Below are positions 12,401 to 27,400 of a DNA stretch of 53,797 bases, in pieces. Below the pieces are notes generated by a model. That model was not told the origin of the DNA. It saw only the letters and a program-made list of their open reading frames with translations, and did no database searches. Position 1 is the stretch's first letter. Every line of letters starts with the position of its first letter. The position numbers and the translations under genes were made by a program. The DNA comes from Lama guanicoe (lineage: Eukaryota): assembly GCA_013239625.1 (NCBI GenBank), contig MU053653.1:124001-177797 (forward strand), in the 5' to 3' direction.

Positions 12401-15400
12401 GCTCACAGTCTTCCAGCGATGATGCCCCTGGCTCTGTCCGAAAAGTTCCCGGTGGGCAGAGGAAGACACCCTGACCACCTGGACACCAGTGGCCTGGAGG
12501 ACATGGGTGGTCTTCGAAGGAAGAGAGACCTGGGGCAAAAGCAGCAGGCAAGGAAGCGATGCCTCACAGGGCCTCCTGATGGCGTCTTGACTCGCCTGCC
12601 CAAAGGTCTGAGCATCTGGCCAGGACATGACCTCTCACCTGGGGACAGGCAGTGGTACCTGGCAGGGCAGGGGAGGCATTCTGCCAGACTCTGGGCCCCT
12701 TCTGCTGCCAGGTAGGTGTGTTCAGGACAGGCCTGAGGGGCTCCTGGGTTGGTCTCACTACCTCCAGGGCAGTAGTGGCCGGCGGGGCAGGGGCGGATGG
12801 CCGTGGTCCCTGGAAAGCAAGAGCTGGGCTCACATTCCATCCTCCACCCCGTGCCTTTCTCAGGACCAGCGCTCTTCGGGCTATGGCACAGCTGCCTCAC
12901 CAGCTTGGCACCAGCGCCCGGCGGGGCAAGGCCCACAGTCCTCTTGCTTCTTGGCTCCGGGGGCTGCGGCCACAGTATGAGGAGGGCACAGGATGGGTTC
13001 TCCACTGCCCTCTGGACAGTAGAAACCTGAAGCACAGAGGGTCATGTTGGGAAGGCAGGGAGGCTGCTCCACTGTGGCTTGTGGGGAACAGCACCAGGAC
13101 TGTGGGGTGCATGTGTCCAGGGGTGGTCTGGGGGTTTCCACTGACCCAGGAGCTGAGAGGTCTGGGTGTCAGTCTTGGCTCCCCTCACCTCTGCACTTGC
13201 CAAATCAGTAGCCAACTGAATTGCATCAGGAGCTTGTCACATTAGATACCACATACATGCGGTCTATGTAATGACATACATATGCATATGCACATGCACA
13301 TACCTACTAGCTGTTCAACAACTGGGATCAACTGTTTTTAGAGTCTGTGACACAAGAGATCCTTTGCCTGGGTGGGACTTGTGGTCACTGCCTCTCACAC
13401 ACACCACAGGCAGGAAACGAGCATGGTTACCTGGTGAGCACTGCTTGGCACAGAGCTGTCCCTGGGAACACGTGGTCTGGGGCTCCCTGGGACCTGGTGC
13501 CGTCACTTCAGAGGTCCCAGGTGGGCAGAAATAACCAGCAGGACATTTCCCCAACACCTGTCCACCTCTGGCAGCCAGGAGGAGGGGAGAGAGAGTGAAA
13601 CGAAGAGAATGGAGGGCCCGTCTGACCCCAGTGCCCCAGCGCCAGGGGAAGCTTGCCCTGAATTCGGAGTTTTGCCTTTGACCTCTGCCCCGGGAGCACA
13701 CGTGAATACATCCAGGTATATGATAGGAAAAGGATGAGATACCTCATCTAGCTGTAAAACAGGGCATGAGGCTCACACCCAGGGGCCCCGGGTCCAGCGC
13801 AGCACCCGAAGCCCCACCCCTGTGCAAAGTCCCGCAGGGGCTGGGTTCCTGGGTGTCTTCTCTCCACTGCATTTGTGGAGCCCCGGGGATAAAGAGCAGG
13901 ACCCGGGCAGGGCTGCCAACAGCAGGACAAGCCCCTCCAGGAGAGGCTCTGCGGCCCTGCTGCACTCACTATGGGATGAGGAGGGAGAGGACAGGTGGGA
14001 TGAGGAGGGAGAGGACAGCAGGTGCTCCAGGGAGCACTTGGGGCCTGCCGGGGACTGAGCCCTGGAGACACCCATCTTATCTCCAGCTCTGCAGCAGGAG
14101 AAAGCAGGCCAGACCTCAGGATGAACTTCCCGAGACAGGGAGAGGCGCCTCCAGAAGGGGACACTGAGGGGCCCTCTGCTGTCCCCTTGTGCGTAGTAGA
14201 GTCCACTTTGAAGCAAGTACACCCCTGCCAAACGTCTAGCAACTCCTCTTCTGATGAGCCCTCTTCCCAGTCTCCAGAAACTGCCTTTAACAAATGTTGG
14301 GAGATTTCCCTGGACCAGAGACCACCAGGGTGCTTTCATTTTGTCTGTGAGTCTCTGACTCCCAAGGATAGAGTTCTTGCAGTGATTCCTGCTGCTCCTT
14401 TGCACAGACGGGTAGGCCAGGTGCAAGTGCGCACGTGTCTTACACACAGTGAATGCGTGGAGGACATTCTGGTGGAATTTGGGCCCTAAGGCCTGCTCTC
14501 TGATCCTTCTGTTTAAAGACACTATGTATTGTATCTCCAGCCCAAGCAATTACGAAAGCTACTCTCATGGTGGAGAACTCAGAAATAGGGGTGCAAGGAA
14601 GCACTGTGCATCTTTCCCCTGGAGTGTATGTGCAGGACACTGGTGTCAGCTAGAGGCACCAAGCAGTTCACTTGTAAGGAGCTGCCCCTGGTTTTGCAGA
14701 GCAGAGCTCTTTTCATTTCCTACAGAGCCTCCCTCAGTTTGAATGTGTTTTGTTTTTAAATCTAGATCTGTGCTGATTGTCCTGGCTCTCTTTACCTGTT
14801 TAGGCCTGTGCGGCCAGGTGGGACTCTGGTCTCACAGAAAGCCCCAGCCCCTTACACATTAGCTCCCCTACCCACAGTCTGGGGGCCTTGGGGCAGGCCC
14901 GGGGACACCCTCGGCCTCTTCCTCCAGAGGGTGCACTTTGCTGGCAGTGGCAGGTGAGTGACTCTGGGCTGTTACTGACCTGCAGTAGTGACCAGGGGGA
15001 CAGATGGAACAGTCACCCTCTTCCCGGAGGCCCAGTGTGTCCTGGGGAGTGAAGGTCCCTAGAGGACATGGAGGCGGGGACCCCGTTCCTGGAGGAAGGG
15101 GAGCAGCTAGTGAAAATGGGCAGCCCAAGGCTCAGGTCACACCCGTGCCTCTGGACCTGCCCGGGCCCGTCAGTGTCCTGCTGCCCCTGATGGTGCTGAG
15201 TTTCTCGTGCTGCTTTCCCAGAGCCGATGAAGTGATGACACAGTGGTGAACTCAGTCTCTCTCCCTGTGATTATTGTCTCTTTATAAGAGTAACTCCCTA
15301 GTGGAGGGTTTTCAGATAGCAGTGAAGCTATTTTGGGGAGAGGGGCCATTCATCTAGTTGATGGGATCACTGAGCTGCCTACCGTGAATCGGACACTGTG

Positions 15401-18400
15401 GGCTCTCTGGGACTGAGCTGGACCCGCATCTGTCCACACGTCAGCGTATCTCGTTTGAAGACTGCCTCCTCTCTGACCTGCCCTCTGTCCTCAGTGCCCT
15501 GCTGCCTGGCCTGGGTGGGTGGGTGTGCCTGTGCTACTTCCATCCTCCTCCGGCTCGGCACCCCCCAACGCCCTCACATCCTCAGCCCTCATCCTGGGGG
15601 TGTCCTCTGGCTTTGCCGGTCTCAGTGTTTTCTTGTGCACGTGGGCTGTGCTGGTAGGTACCAGTGCATATGCCTTGAATGGAAATAGAAGGAGGAATTT
15701 CTCGACAGCGAAAAAGGTTTACAGGCACCAGCTAGATCTACTGAAAGAAAATCTGACCAGGAGTGGGAGTAAGGAGCTGAAAGGTGTGAGTTTAGTTTGG
15801 GGCCGTTGAGAGTAAGAGAGTCAGCACCTCAGCAAGGGCGGGTGAAGGTCTGTGTGGTGGGCCTGAGAGTCCAGGGCAACGGTGCTCCTCAGACAGGGGC
15901 CGTCCTCCCTGTGTGTGTGTGTGCAACTAGTCTGACACGTAACCATCAGGACAACAGCCCAGGTTGTTTGAGCTTGGGACATTCTAATATTCATGGGTAG
16001 GAGGTCACTCATTAAAAGGGGCACACCTTTACACCGTACTCACAGGACGAACAAACGTATCCACCACCTGTGGATCAGACACCTGTAATGTACTCACCCC
16101 TTCCAAACTGGCAGGACTTTCTCCCCCGTTTACCTAACACGTGATGAGGATTATGAACTTTTGTGGACACCTACCTGTCTGCTGGGCTGCCTGCGGACGA
16201 CATGTGTATGTGTCTGTGCATGTGTGCACGCACGTGCATTTGGGTGCACATCCTGTGTGTGCATGTCTGTGCATCTGTAGGCATGTGTGCGTGTGAGCTG
16301 TGTGCGCCTGTGTTTTGTGTGCATGTGCACTGTGAGAGTGTGCCTGTGTGTACGTATTTGCATGTGCACGTGTGAGTTGGTGGGAACATGGGCTCACGCA
16401 ACGTGTGTTCTGGGTTAGCGAACTGGTGGCCGTTGTGGCTCTGCTGTCTTACTTGCTGCTTCCCCACCACAGGCCCTTCCCCCTGCAGAGCTGAGGAAGC
16501 CCTCCCCAGACTGTCGACCCAGACTGGCACAGGCGATGACAACTGTTTGCCACCGTCTCTGGTCCAGGTGCTCTCTCAGGGGCCCTGGCTGAGTGCGGGG
16601 AAGGGGCAGGACACTGAGCATGGGTGAGCCGACTGGTGGAGAAAAGAGATGCGACGGTCTGGGTGGGAGGGTGAGGTGGGGTTGGGGGAGCGAGGACCAG
16701 GGCTGTGAGTGTGCTCTTCACTGTCTCCCCAGTGCAAACCAGGGGTGGACTTTGGATATGAATGAAGGAAAGGGAGGCACGGAGGGAGGCACGGAGGGAG
16801 AAGGGGGAGTTGCAGCTCCTGGGCATACCAGCTGGGCAGTAGGCATGTGCTGGGCAGAGTGTGGGCACTCTGCTGCCAGGATGTGGACAGTGAAAGCCAG
16901 CTGGACACTGCAGGCAGGTGTCTGAGCCCAGGGAGGGCTGGTACTCTCCCGGGTGGCACAGGGCAGGCCAAGCAGCCCCTGGTTGGCAGAAGTGACCCTG
17001 GGAGTTGAACAAAAAGTAGCACCTCTGAGAGCCAGGCTGGGTGTGGTTTGGGTGCCCAGGGGCTTGGGAGGGTCAGTGCCTTATCCTCCCTTCTGGTTGG
17101 TTCGGGCCCTGGCGACTAGAGTCCAGGAGACCAGGAGGCTGGATGGCGCAGCTGGGGAGAGGATCAGGGTCTAGGAGATGGGGGAGTTGAGGTCCCTCTG
17201 GTGAGGCACTGAGAGCTGGCCAGTGGAGGGTTCCAGCCTGAATCCTGGGCAGGGAGCCCTGGCTGCCCCGGGGGTTGGTGTTTGGGCCCCCTCCCGCCAC
17301 TCCCCGGGAGGTACCTGAGGGCAGAGGAGAGCCATGGGGCTAGAGGCACTGGGGTCCGAGGGACATTCAGAGCCAGCCACACAGGAGCCAGGGGGAGAGC
17401 TGAGGCCCAGGCTAGGGCAGAATGAGCCAGCTGGGCAGGGCCTGCAGCTCCCCTCAGAGATGCCACCTGGATAGAGAGGTCCCCTCAGGGAGTACCAGCC
17501 CCTGAAGACAGACCTCCCACTGCTCGGTCACCGCGGTCCCCTGGGGCCAGGACGGAGCCAGCACAGTGTGTGTCCAACGAAGCGGCTGTTGGCCAGGACC
17601 TCCCTTGGACTGCCGGTGGCGCATTCTGGCATTTTGCAGACAGAGCCCTGCCTTGGGCACAGCCTGTCCTGGGGGTGTAGGCCCTCAATCCACACCTAGG
17701 CACAGCCTGTTGCCTGGACCCCAGCCCAGCCTGTGTCCATCCCAGTGGGAGCCCCAGAGACCCTGGCCAGCAAACGCTCCGTGGGCTGTTTGTGTCTGTC
17801 TGCTCCTCGGGGCTGGAGGGGGCTCTGAGGGAGGAGCGGCCCCCCGCTGGGAGGGGACGCACAGACCAGACACTCACCTGGGCTGCCCCTCGTCATTCCC
17901 GCGGGGCAGGGTCCAGGATACAGAGTCCCCTGTGGGCAGTAGTGGCCTCGAGGGCAGGGCCCATTGAGGGGGAAGGCAGGGATTCTCCAGGGAGTGGGGC
18001 TGGCTGCACCCCCCTCACAGTAGTAGCCGGCTGAGCAGGGTCCTTGAACATAGAGAGATGTAGAATGTTAGGGAGGCAACAGAGACCCAACCAGCTGCCT
18101 GCACTACGCAGAGCCCATGTCCTGCCCTTCCTGCCCTCAGTCCTGGGGAAAGACAGAAGTTAAACTAGGAGGAAGGAAAAATGCAGGGGAGCCAGGGACT
18201 AGTTCCACATGGAGCCCAGGCGAGGGGTGACAACAGGAGACAGCAGTTGCGGGCACTGCTGCGTACCAGGTGCCACTCTCAGCTCCTGGTCTGTAAGGAC
18301 CGCGCTCTCCTCAGCAACCGTTTTACAGGGGAGGAGACAGGCCCGTGAGGTTAGGTGACCCGTCCAGGGTGACACTTGCAGGAAGTGCAGAGCCAGGGCC

Positions 18401-21400
18401 AGAAGCCCACTGGCACCTCTGGGAGCCCCGTTCTCGGCCACAAGGCTGAAGCACCTCAGGAAGGCAGGAAGGAGCAGGCTTCAATGGAGGAGGTGGCAGG
18501 AGGCGGCCAGTCCGCTCCAGACCTATGCTGTGGTCCTGCCGAGGCGCATCCTGGGGGAGGCTGTGCTCTGCTGGGTTGCTGTGCTTACCCTCGGGCTGCC
18601 CGTTGCCCTCCCCAGGGCAATACCTCCCTGCAGGGCAGGGCTGGCAGGCCCTGGAGGAGAGAGTGCCTTCTCGCGGGTTCAGGGTTCCCTCTGGGCAGGG
18701 AAGAGGAGAGGGTGTCCCTGTTGGGCAGTAATGACCTATGGGGAAGGCCAGAATGAATTAGCGCTGTGTCCTGGCCCCGCACGGCTCCCTGACCCCACAG
18801 CTGGAGGGCGTGGAAGGGGGCATGGATGGGATGCTGGCCCAGGAGGCGGGAGGAGGCCGGGAGGGCTTAGAATCCAGGCAGAGGGGCGGGGGCTCTGCTG
18901 GAGGCCTGTCTGTGGTGTGCCTGCGTGCCTGTGTGTGCACTTGTGCGTGAGTCTGCGCAAATGTGTGCACGCAGGGACATCAGATCTGAGGTTCCCGGGG
19001 TCGTCACTCAGTGATGAGTAATTATGTGTGTGGTCTGGCTCTACAGGGCTGAGAGAGGAAGAGAGTTTCTTGTCTTGGAGGAAGTGGGGTCGTGTACAGA
19101 CCCCAGTTTTCCTCTGGAGAAGTGGCTGCCTTTGGAGCACCCCCAGCAGGCAGCCTCGCCACCCAGATCGCTGTGGCGTCTTCTCTGGGGGCTTCCTGAG
19201 CGGGGCCCCTCTCCCGAGGAGGAGTGCTCCCAGGCCCTCTGGCCTCGCCTTGCAGACGGATGGAGGCCGCCCAAGGACAGCGGCACTTAGGGGCAGGGCA
19301 GGGACTGGCCAGCACACCCTGCCTCTCGGGCCTGTGCTCTCCCCTCCGTAGCACAAGAGTCACCTCCGGGCCCTCGCTGGAAACTAGTGGTGAGCAGGAA
19401 GGAATGGCTAAGAGAGGCCTGCCACAGACCATGGGGCAGGACTGGCACCCCAGGGGGTGTGCTTCCTCGATGAGCTTCACCCCACGTCTTTCCCCTGCAG
19501 CACAGCTACCCCCACTTCATGGGTGGGCCGCTGGCTGCTGGGAGGGCTGAGGCCTTGCCATGAGGCACGGAGACTGGGAGAGAGCCGAGCTCTGGGAGTC
19601 AGGGGTCCCACCCTTGGTGGACCCTGAGCTGCACCCTCCATTGTGGTCATGCCCGTGTCCCTCTGTCCCCAAGAGACCGGCCTGAGGGCATTCACCACCT
19701 TTTGGGCAGGTGGTGGGCTCCACGGTGGCAGCCTTTTGGCAGTAGGTGCCCCCTGGGCAGGGCAGGCAGGTATCAGCTCCAGGCAATGGGCTGAAGGTGC
19801 CAGGTTCACAGGGCAACTCGCTGTGGGCCCCTGGGGGACAGCGGAAGCCAGGAGGACATCTGTATCCGTGAGTTCCATCGGAGGGTGAGGGGACAGCACT
19901 GCCTCCCAGGCAGATGTACCTGAGAAAACGGAGAAGCGCGGCTGAACTTCCTCCAGCACCACCTTGGGGTCCTAGTCCGGCTGAAGGTGAGGGCCAAGGG
20001 TGGACTTTGGAGCCCCAGGCTATCAGGGCTGTGCTGAGGAAGGCCAGTGTGGCTGCAGCCAAGGGCCATCCCTGGGATGAAAGGAGCTCCCCTGGTCCCT
20101 GAGATAGGAAGCTAAGCAGCAGGGGCTCAGGAAGACAGTTCTGGAAAGGGTCTGACATTTTCCAGAGTAAGCATGACTTCCCTCTCCAAATGTTCTCTGT
20201 CCTCAGGGCCCCTGAGCAGATGGGCCAGGTCTTCCTTTGCACAGGACCTGGCCGGAGCTTACTGGTGCTCATGGCCAGTCTCCATCCAGCCCTTTGGGCA
20301 ATGCGGGGGATGCACCTGAGTCAGAATCTCAGACACCTGTTGGCAGAGGGTGTTGGCCAGTGGGATAAAAACCAAGGCCTGGCAGAGGCCACAGAGCGTG
20401 TAGAGGCCACCCTGGGGCTGAGCACACCCAGAACTCCTTGGACCTTGGAAGGTTAGTGCTGTGAGGGTCAGTGAGGGTGTGTCCAGTTCAGCCCCGTATC
20501 TGAGGGATGGCACACTGGAGGCCCACATGCCTCAGGGAGATAGTCACCCTGACCTGGGCTCCTCAGGGGGTCTGGGGAGAGATCATGGGAACTTAGGATT
20601 GGTATGACTTGAGGAAAGCCTAAGCTGGGGATGCCCCTCCCTCCTCAGGCCACTGCTCACCCTGCATCACAGGTCCCTGCCTCCAGGATGTGCGACAGCC
20701 CAGGATGGCTGCAGTAGTGCCCTGCAGGGCATGGCTGGCACTGGAGCCCACTGGCCAGGCCTGGAGCAGAGGAGTAAAACCCAGGCAAGCATGGCACCGG
20801 GGAGCCTGTTCCCCTGGGGCAGAAGAAACCAGGGGGGCAGATGTCATTCCCAGAGAGTCCAGGAGCCTCCACCACCTGTGCATCCAGAGAGAAGGAAGAA
20901 AGGACATGAGGGCAGGGCTTGGTCCCAGGCTGCAAACACCACTGCTGGCTCCTGGGGGAGAAGACGTGCGGAGTCAACTTAAATGAGGCTACTTTGCAAA
21001 TAAAAATGTTACCTGCAAAATCTCCCTGTTAATATGTGTTTTTAACTGTGCCAGCGGAAGCGTGGGAGGCTGGTCTCGGACATCTGGGAGGGGCCTCTTA
21101 CTTCCTAAATCATAGTGCTGACTCAGTGGACGCCCCTCCCTCCCTAGCTCATCTCCCAGCCCAGTCTCCTGTCTGGTTTTGCTGTGGAATCAGTGACTTC
21201 CAAAAGAAGGGGCAGTCTCTGTTCTAAAGGGGACGCAGTGCCCAGAGAGGGCAAGGCGCATGTATGCTCATAGTCATGCAGCCAGTCAGTGACAAAATGA
21301 GGATCAGAGCCAATTAACCAGCACACCAGCACCCGTCTGTCCATCTGTCTGTCCAACATGCATCCTCGCATCTACCTGCCTGACTGACTCCACTGCCCTG

Positions 21401-24400
21401 CTCTGCGGAATAATCTAACACACCGATGGTCGCTTTCTCGCCGTGTGGCCTTGAGAAAGTCCCTTACCCCATGGGTTCCTGAGTTTATTCCTGCCTAAAC
21501 AGGGTCACCCTGGGGCCTCCCACGGGGCCACTGTGAGGCCTGCAGTTTCAACGCGTGCACAACACGTGACGCTGCCAGCACGGAGTACAGGATCTGCACG
21601 CGCGACTTGCTAATATTGCCATGTGTCTCAAGCCCAAGCTGCCATGTACTGGAGGGAGAGCAATTTAAAAGGAAAAACATCACTGCCATTATGGTGGCCA
21701 GTTGCCAAGGGCTATGAGACGCTGCTGGTTTTAGAGACGGTAGATGTGAAAAAGTGGCCCGTCTTAGGGTCTGCACCAGGCTCTGCACAAGGCCCTGGGG
21801 ACACTTAGGTGAGGGGGGTCAGGCCCTCGGGGTGCTTCGACCCTGGTGGGAGAATCAGGCAGCTCAGCAGGCACCTCAGCCAGCTTTGTGGTCCAGTACA
21901 CACATGGGTGTTGCAGGGCGGACTCTGCCGCCTGTCTGGGGTGCTGTGCCCAGCTCTTAGTACCTTGTGTTTGATGGGGGTGGGAGACACTGCTCCCCCT
22001 GAGCAGTAGTGGGCAGAGTGGCAGAGCCCCGATGGCTGAGACAGCCCTTCTGATGAGCAGAACATCCCTAAGAAAAGCAGACCCAAGGGGCAAGTGACAG
22101 AGGGACTTCCCTCACCTCCCCCCTGCTCTGGCAACAGCCCTGCCGCCCCTGGGCTGTGCCCCTCCCACCTCCCCTGCCCCCTCCCAGGGTGCTGCTCTAA
22201 TGGCCAGACACTCAGGGCATGAGGGGCAGTCCTCTTTCTCCAATAATACCAGGCCTCTGAAGGGGACATGGGTTGGCCTTGTCTTGAGCCCTAGAGGGCA
22301 AGTGGGCTGGACTGGGGCACAGGGCAAGAGGAGGCCCTGGGAATCCAAAGGACGGTGGGGGCTGTAGGCCTGTTGAGGGTTGGCAGGGCCCGGCCCATGT
22401 GTGGACCTGACCTTGCGGTCCTTGATTCGGCCACTGGGCTCGTGAGGTGCTGCCGTGACAACATGGGCCCAGGGGACCTTTCACTAGCCCTCCTACTTTT
22501 CCTCATTCTCTCCTCGGCTTCTCAGCCTAGGCTTCCTGAGGGCCTACATCAGGGTCCACGCACCTGCTGGGCACAGCTCGCAGTCCAGCTCTGCAGCAGC
22601 CCCTTGCCTGGGCCCAAATGTCCCCCGAGGGCACGGGTGGGCAGTGGCGGAGTGGGAGCCGGGGGGGGGGGGACAGAAGTAGCCCCAGAGGCACAGTCTG
22701 GGGCCACTGGCCAAGGCACCTAGGGGCAACGGCAGGGTCAGCCTGAGTTTGTGGTGGGAGACTCAGGACCCCCAGGCTCTGAACCTGCCTTAGCCCAGGC
22801 CCTCAGTCAAGGTGCTTTATGCTTTGTCTAATTTCTGGGCTTGTTGGCTGCCATGGGCCCCTCCATGGCTGACTGTCTGCATTGTCCAGGAAACCTCCGC
22901 GGGCCTCTGAGATCTCCAGCCCCCAGAAGGCCTGTCTGTTGAGCATAAGGCTCCCTTTCTCCAGGACATGGCATTTGCCCATGCTGGTCATACTACGGCT
23001 GCCCCCCTGGGCTTGCTCAGTGGCTTGCGGACCCCACTGCGCAAGCTTCTCTATCCTGCATTTAGAGATGGCCCAGGCCATCACTGGGGAAACTGAGTAG
23101 GGCCATAGCCAGCTGGATCCTAGGGGCTGGATCTCAGACTGTCCTGTCCTGCACCTTGTGCCTACCGTCCTGATGAGTCTCCATGTAGTGCCCTGTCCTG
23201 GGTCAAGTCCCTGGCAAGCCTTTCCCTCTTACCTGGCCTGTTTCAGGGACCCCTTCCTCTGCTTTTCTGTCGGTTGTCAAGGGCCACATGAGAATCATAA
23301 CACTATGACCGTGACAACCAAGTTCCTGGCATAAAAACTCCCAAGATACATTCTAAAGCCAAAGCTGAAAGAGCACATACAGGGAGGCATCAGGGTCTCC
23401 TGAGGCCCTGAGCCCACCCCCTGTGCTGGCTTTGGCAAGTCACTCCCCTCTCTCTCTAACAGGGGAAGTGAACATCTTGGTCTTCAAGGGGCCCACGGAG
23501 AGCTAGGTGCTCCCACCACTGGCACCTTGCCCTGGGGCCCAGTGCCCTGCTGCGGCCTCCTGCTCGGCCCCAGTGAGCCCACCTGTGCTGGAGGCCTCAC
23601 AGTAGAATCCCGCAGGGCAGGGCTCACAGGAGTCCTTGGCCTCCTGGCGCTGGAATGTTCCGTTCTCACAGAGCCTTGGCTGGGGAGATCCCTCAGGACA
23701 GTAGAAGCCTGGTGGGCACCGCAAAGATGAAGGGGTAGCTGAGGTCTGGCCAGGAGGACAGTAATAACCTGCTGAGCATGGCCCGTCTGGGAAGCGTTTC
23801 CCAGCTCCTGTGGAGAGGGGGTGGAGACAGTGGGCCTGGCATCAGACAAGAAGGGAAAGGAGGAGAGGGGCTGAGCTGTACCCACACTTGGAGGCCATGG
23901 AGCTCAAGGCGCAAGGCTTTGGAGCCAAACTCTGCGTCCCTGCTGGCTCTGCTGCTCACTGACTACGCAGCTATGCAGGGGGCCTCTCTGAACTCAGGCT
24001 TTTCATCTATAAAAGAGTAGCCTTATTGTGAGGATAAATGAGTTAAATGGCCTGTCTGGACACATCCCATGGGGTCATGGAGCCAAAGTGAGAGTGCTGA
24101 CTGAGGAACCTAGAAACACAGGCCAGGCTGTGGCGGTTGAGGTATGCAGAGCCTTGCCGCCCTGGCTGCAGGTGATGGGCCAATGCCTCACATCCCCAGC
24201 CCTATTCTGGTGTGACACACTCAGGCCCTTGTGGGGACCCCTGGGGCCTGGGGCCATTTGAGGGAATACACACTTCCTTTCTTCTGCTTCTCGGTGTCAT
24301 CACTACTTACTGCCCACCTCCATCTTCTGTAGGTAGTTTATATAGAAACGGAGTAGCCAATGAAAATTGACAAACTCTCATCACAATCTTCTCTTCTTCC

Positions 24401-27400
24401 TCTCTCCAACATGGCTACAGCTTTGTCCACCCTCTCATCTGTGGGCTCAGTCTTGGTGGGGTCCCCTGAAGTCCTGCCCCTGGCTGTTCTGGCCAGAGTC
24501 CCTGCTTCCAGAACAAGGCTGGTAACCTTCAAAGCCTGAAGCAAGCACTCCCTGATTCCTCCCTGAGACACTCCAGAAATCAGGGTGCTCCTGGGCTGGA
24601 GCACTCGTCTGTCTCAGTCCATCCCCTTCCCTTCTGTGAACTCACAGGGGCTGGGGCCAGGTCACCTTTGCCTGCCTCTCCTGCCCTCCTGTCCAGGCCT
24701 CAAGCAGTGTCCCTTACGGGGCTGCAGATTGGATATAATGTGAGGGGACCTGGGATGTCCACCCTCAGGGAAGTTAAGTGTCTTTGGGACCACACTTGTG
24801 GTCACTGGGGTGACCACAAGGACATTGCAAAATCCCAGAGAGAGATGGCTCTCGCTACCTGAATCCGAGCAGAACTGTCCTGCAGGACAGGGGCTGCAAT
24901 CCTCAGTGCTGCGTGCTCCAGGCCTCTCTCGGAAGGTGCCCCTGGGACATGGGTGCTGGGTGGGAGTCTGGGTACCCAAAGGGCAGTAGTGGCCAGCAGG
25001 ACAGTCCACTGGCCAAAGAGGCCTGGTTTCCGGCTCCCAGGTCCCATAGGGACAGAACCTGTGGACACAACCAGTGGGTAGTCAGCAATGAAGGATCAAA
25101 GACTTCTTTATCTCCAGGCTTCCTAGTAAGTAAGGCTCCTGCAGTGCTCCCAGGACATGGAGGGTTTGGCAGAAGCAAATCTGAGGTCAGAGGAAACGGA
25201 CATTAAGACAACGGCCTTCTGTCTCACTGAGTCTTGCGCGTGAAGCCTGCAGCCCTCCAGACCCTGCACTGGCTATAGTGTTTATTACGCTGGGCCTTGT
25301 GGGGTGATTGGGGCCTGGAGTGCTCATGGTCACTGGTTCCTGCAACCTGTCTGAGCCCTTCCGGCACCAGGGGAGGGCAGGAAAAGTCAGAGGTCACTCG
25401 GATCGAGGAGGAGCCCCAGCCCAGTCCCCGCTCCTCACTTCCCAGCAGGGCACGTCTTGCAAAGACTCTGTCCAGGTTCATCCTGATACTGCCCTGGGGG
25501 GCAGAGCTGTGGCTCCAGGCTGCCTGGGGGGCACAAGTACCCAGCGGGGCAGAGAGCGCCTAGAAAAGCCAAGAGAGACAGTTATTTCCTCTCAGGAGAC
25601 TCCCCATCTCCTCCAGCCAGAACCCAGAACCGCCACTTCTTTCTCCCTCCTTGTAAGTGTGGCCGAGGTGGGGGGCGTGATTCGTGGTGCCTATGGCGCA
25701 GGACACTCCTGGGCGCCTCACACCTCAGTCCTGTGAATGCCTGGAGGGGAGACAGGTTCAGGCGAAAGCCAGCCTTGTACGGAAGGGCCGTGTGGTGGAA
25801 GGAGTCAGGTCTGTCGTGGCCGGGCTGAGAGGGGTGCAGGGACAGAGCTCCCCCCAGGCTTGGAGTCGGAGCCTCACTGGGTACGCAAGGCAGTCTCAGC
25901 TTCCAAGTCAGAACACTTCTCACAAAAGGTGTTCCCAGGGGTCCTAGTACTATGAGATGTTCCTCAAAACATAGCTTCTTTTGGGAAATGCTGCGTCAGC
26001 AAAGCCCCCGGGAGACCCCGTGCTCACAAACCGAGGGCTCTTGATTGACGGCAGCATGAGACGTCAGGCTGCGGTGGGCTAATTTAGGCCACGGGAAGGG
26101 ATGGGGCCAGATCAGAAAACTGTACTGTGTCCATATTCTGGAGGATGAAGCTGTTTTCACGCTTTCATATATTCACTTTGTTCATTTCCTGGGATACGTA
26201 ATGAATGTTTTTGAAGATGCCGTCCTAGATTGGCTGTGCCCCAGAGTCGGGGCTGAGGCCAGAGCTTAGAGGTGGGGACTGTTGGTGGGGGGGACCCTCC
26301 TGAGCACTGCAGTGTCAGAGGAGCCTCGCCCTCGGGTCAGGAGCCCCTGCCTCTCTGACGCTGTCAGGTTGGAGCTTGGTGAAGGCAGGGACGCAGTGCC
26401 GTGCCTGGCACACAGGCGTTATCATGAGTGCTGGTTGGCAGACAGCCTCTGAACGGGGTCACCACCGTTGCTGTGCAGGCTGGGTCCCATCTCCCTTGCT
26501 GAGCTCCAGGCACACGAGGAGCCTCCCTAATGCATGTTCCCAGCCCTTTCCCAGCAGCCTCGGGTTCACAAGGGGCTGTTCCATTGCTGTTGGGCTATAG
26601 GGGCCTGAATGCACAGGGAGAGCCCACAGGGCGTGTCTCCCTTCCAGGCCGGCCCACTGCAGATCCCACAGCACCCAAGCCCTTCCCAGATTGTGCGGAG
26701 AGTCTGCCCTTACCTGGACTGTGCCCAGAGACAGAGGCCCTGGGGCAGAACCAGCCTCCTTCACATGGGGCCTCCGGGGAGCTCAGGCCAGCTTGGGAGC
26801 AGAACCAGCCGGCTGGGCATGGCTGGCAGTCCTCCAGCGACGTGGCCCCAGGGATGGGCAGCAAAGAGCCTGCAGGTCCACACACTGTGGTCACCACAAG
26901 GAGGCCTCCCAGATGCAGACTCGTGGTGGCCCACCTCAGATTACAGAGCAGATCCTGCTCCGCCTGCGAGGCTGCCCAGCCTGCCAGCCACCTTGTCATG
27001 TGGTGTGCTGCACAGCTGAGATGTGCCTCATCCCCCGTCTCTGCTGCCGGGACCACTCACTCTCACTGTGTCTCTGCTGTCCACCTCTTCTTGTGCAAAC
27101 CTCCCCCGGAGAGCCTGGGCCCAGGCTTTAAGTCATCCCGTTTATCACTGCGGCCACTAGCCCCATGCTGTGTGGATGCAGGGCGGAAGCTGCCCTTTAA
27201 GAGCAGTTTGGGGGTTTCTTTTGTGTCTTTCCCCAGGAGGCTCCCCAAGGCTGGGCCTCTACTCCCTGCCCCTCTTATGGGCCCAGAGCAGACCCCCGTA
27301 CTGCTGGTGCTCATCCAACAGTGACTTACCAGCGGGGCACGGAGTGGGCCTGGGGCTGCCCTGGGAACAGAAGTGGCCTGAAGGACAGAAATCTCCTGTG

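Noticed and set aside
13972..14020. 24-bp tandem duplication (tgggatgaggagggagaggacag x2)
   Set aside because: Ordinary intronic slippage
13773..15810. Possible retrocopy or nested gene (ORFs 13773-14549 and 15519-15809)
   Set aside because: No recognisable protein, poly(A) or TSD
25582..25740. Candidate exon after a strong acceptor at 25741
   Set aside because: Stops in the expected frame, and the neighbouring exons already join correctly
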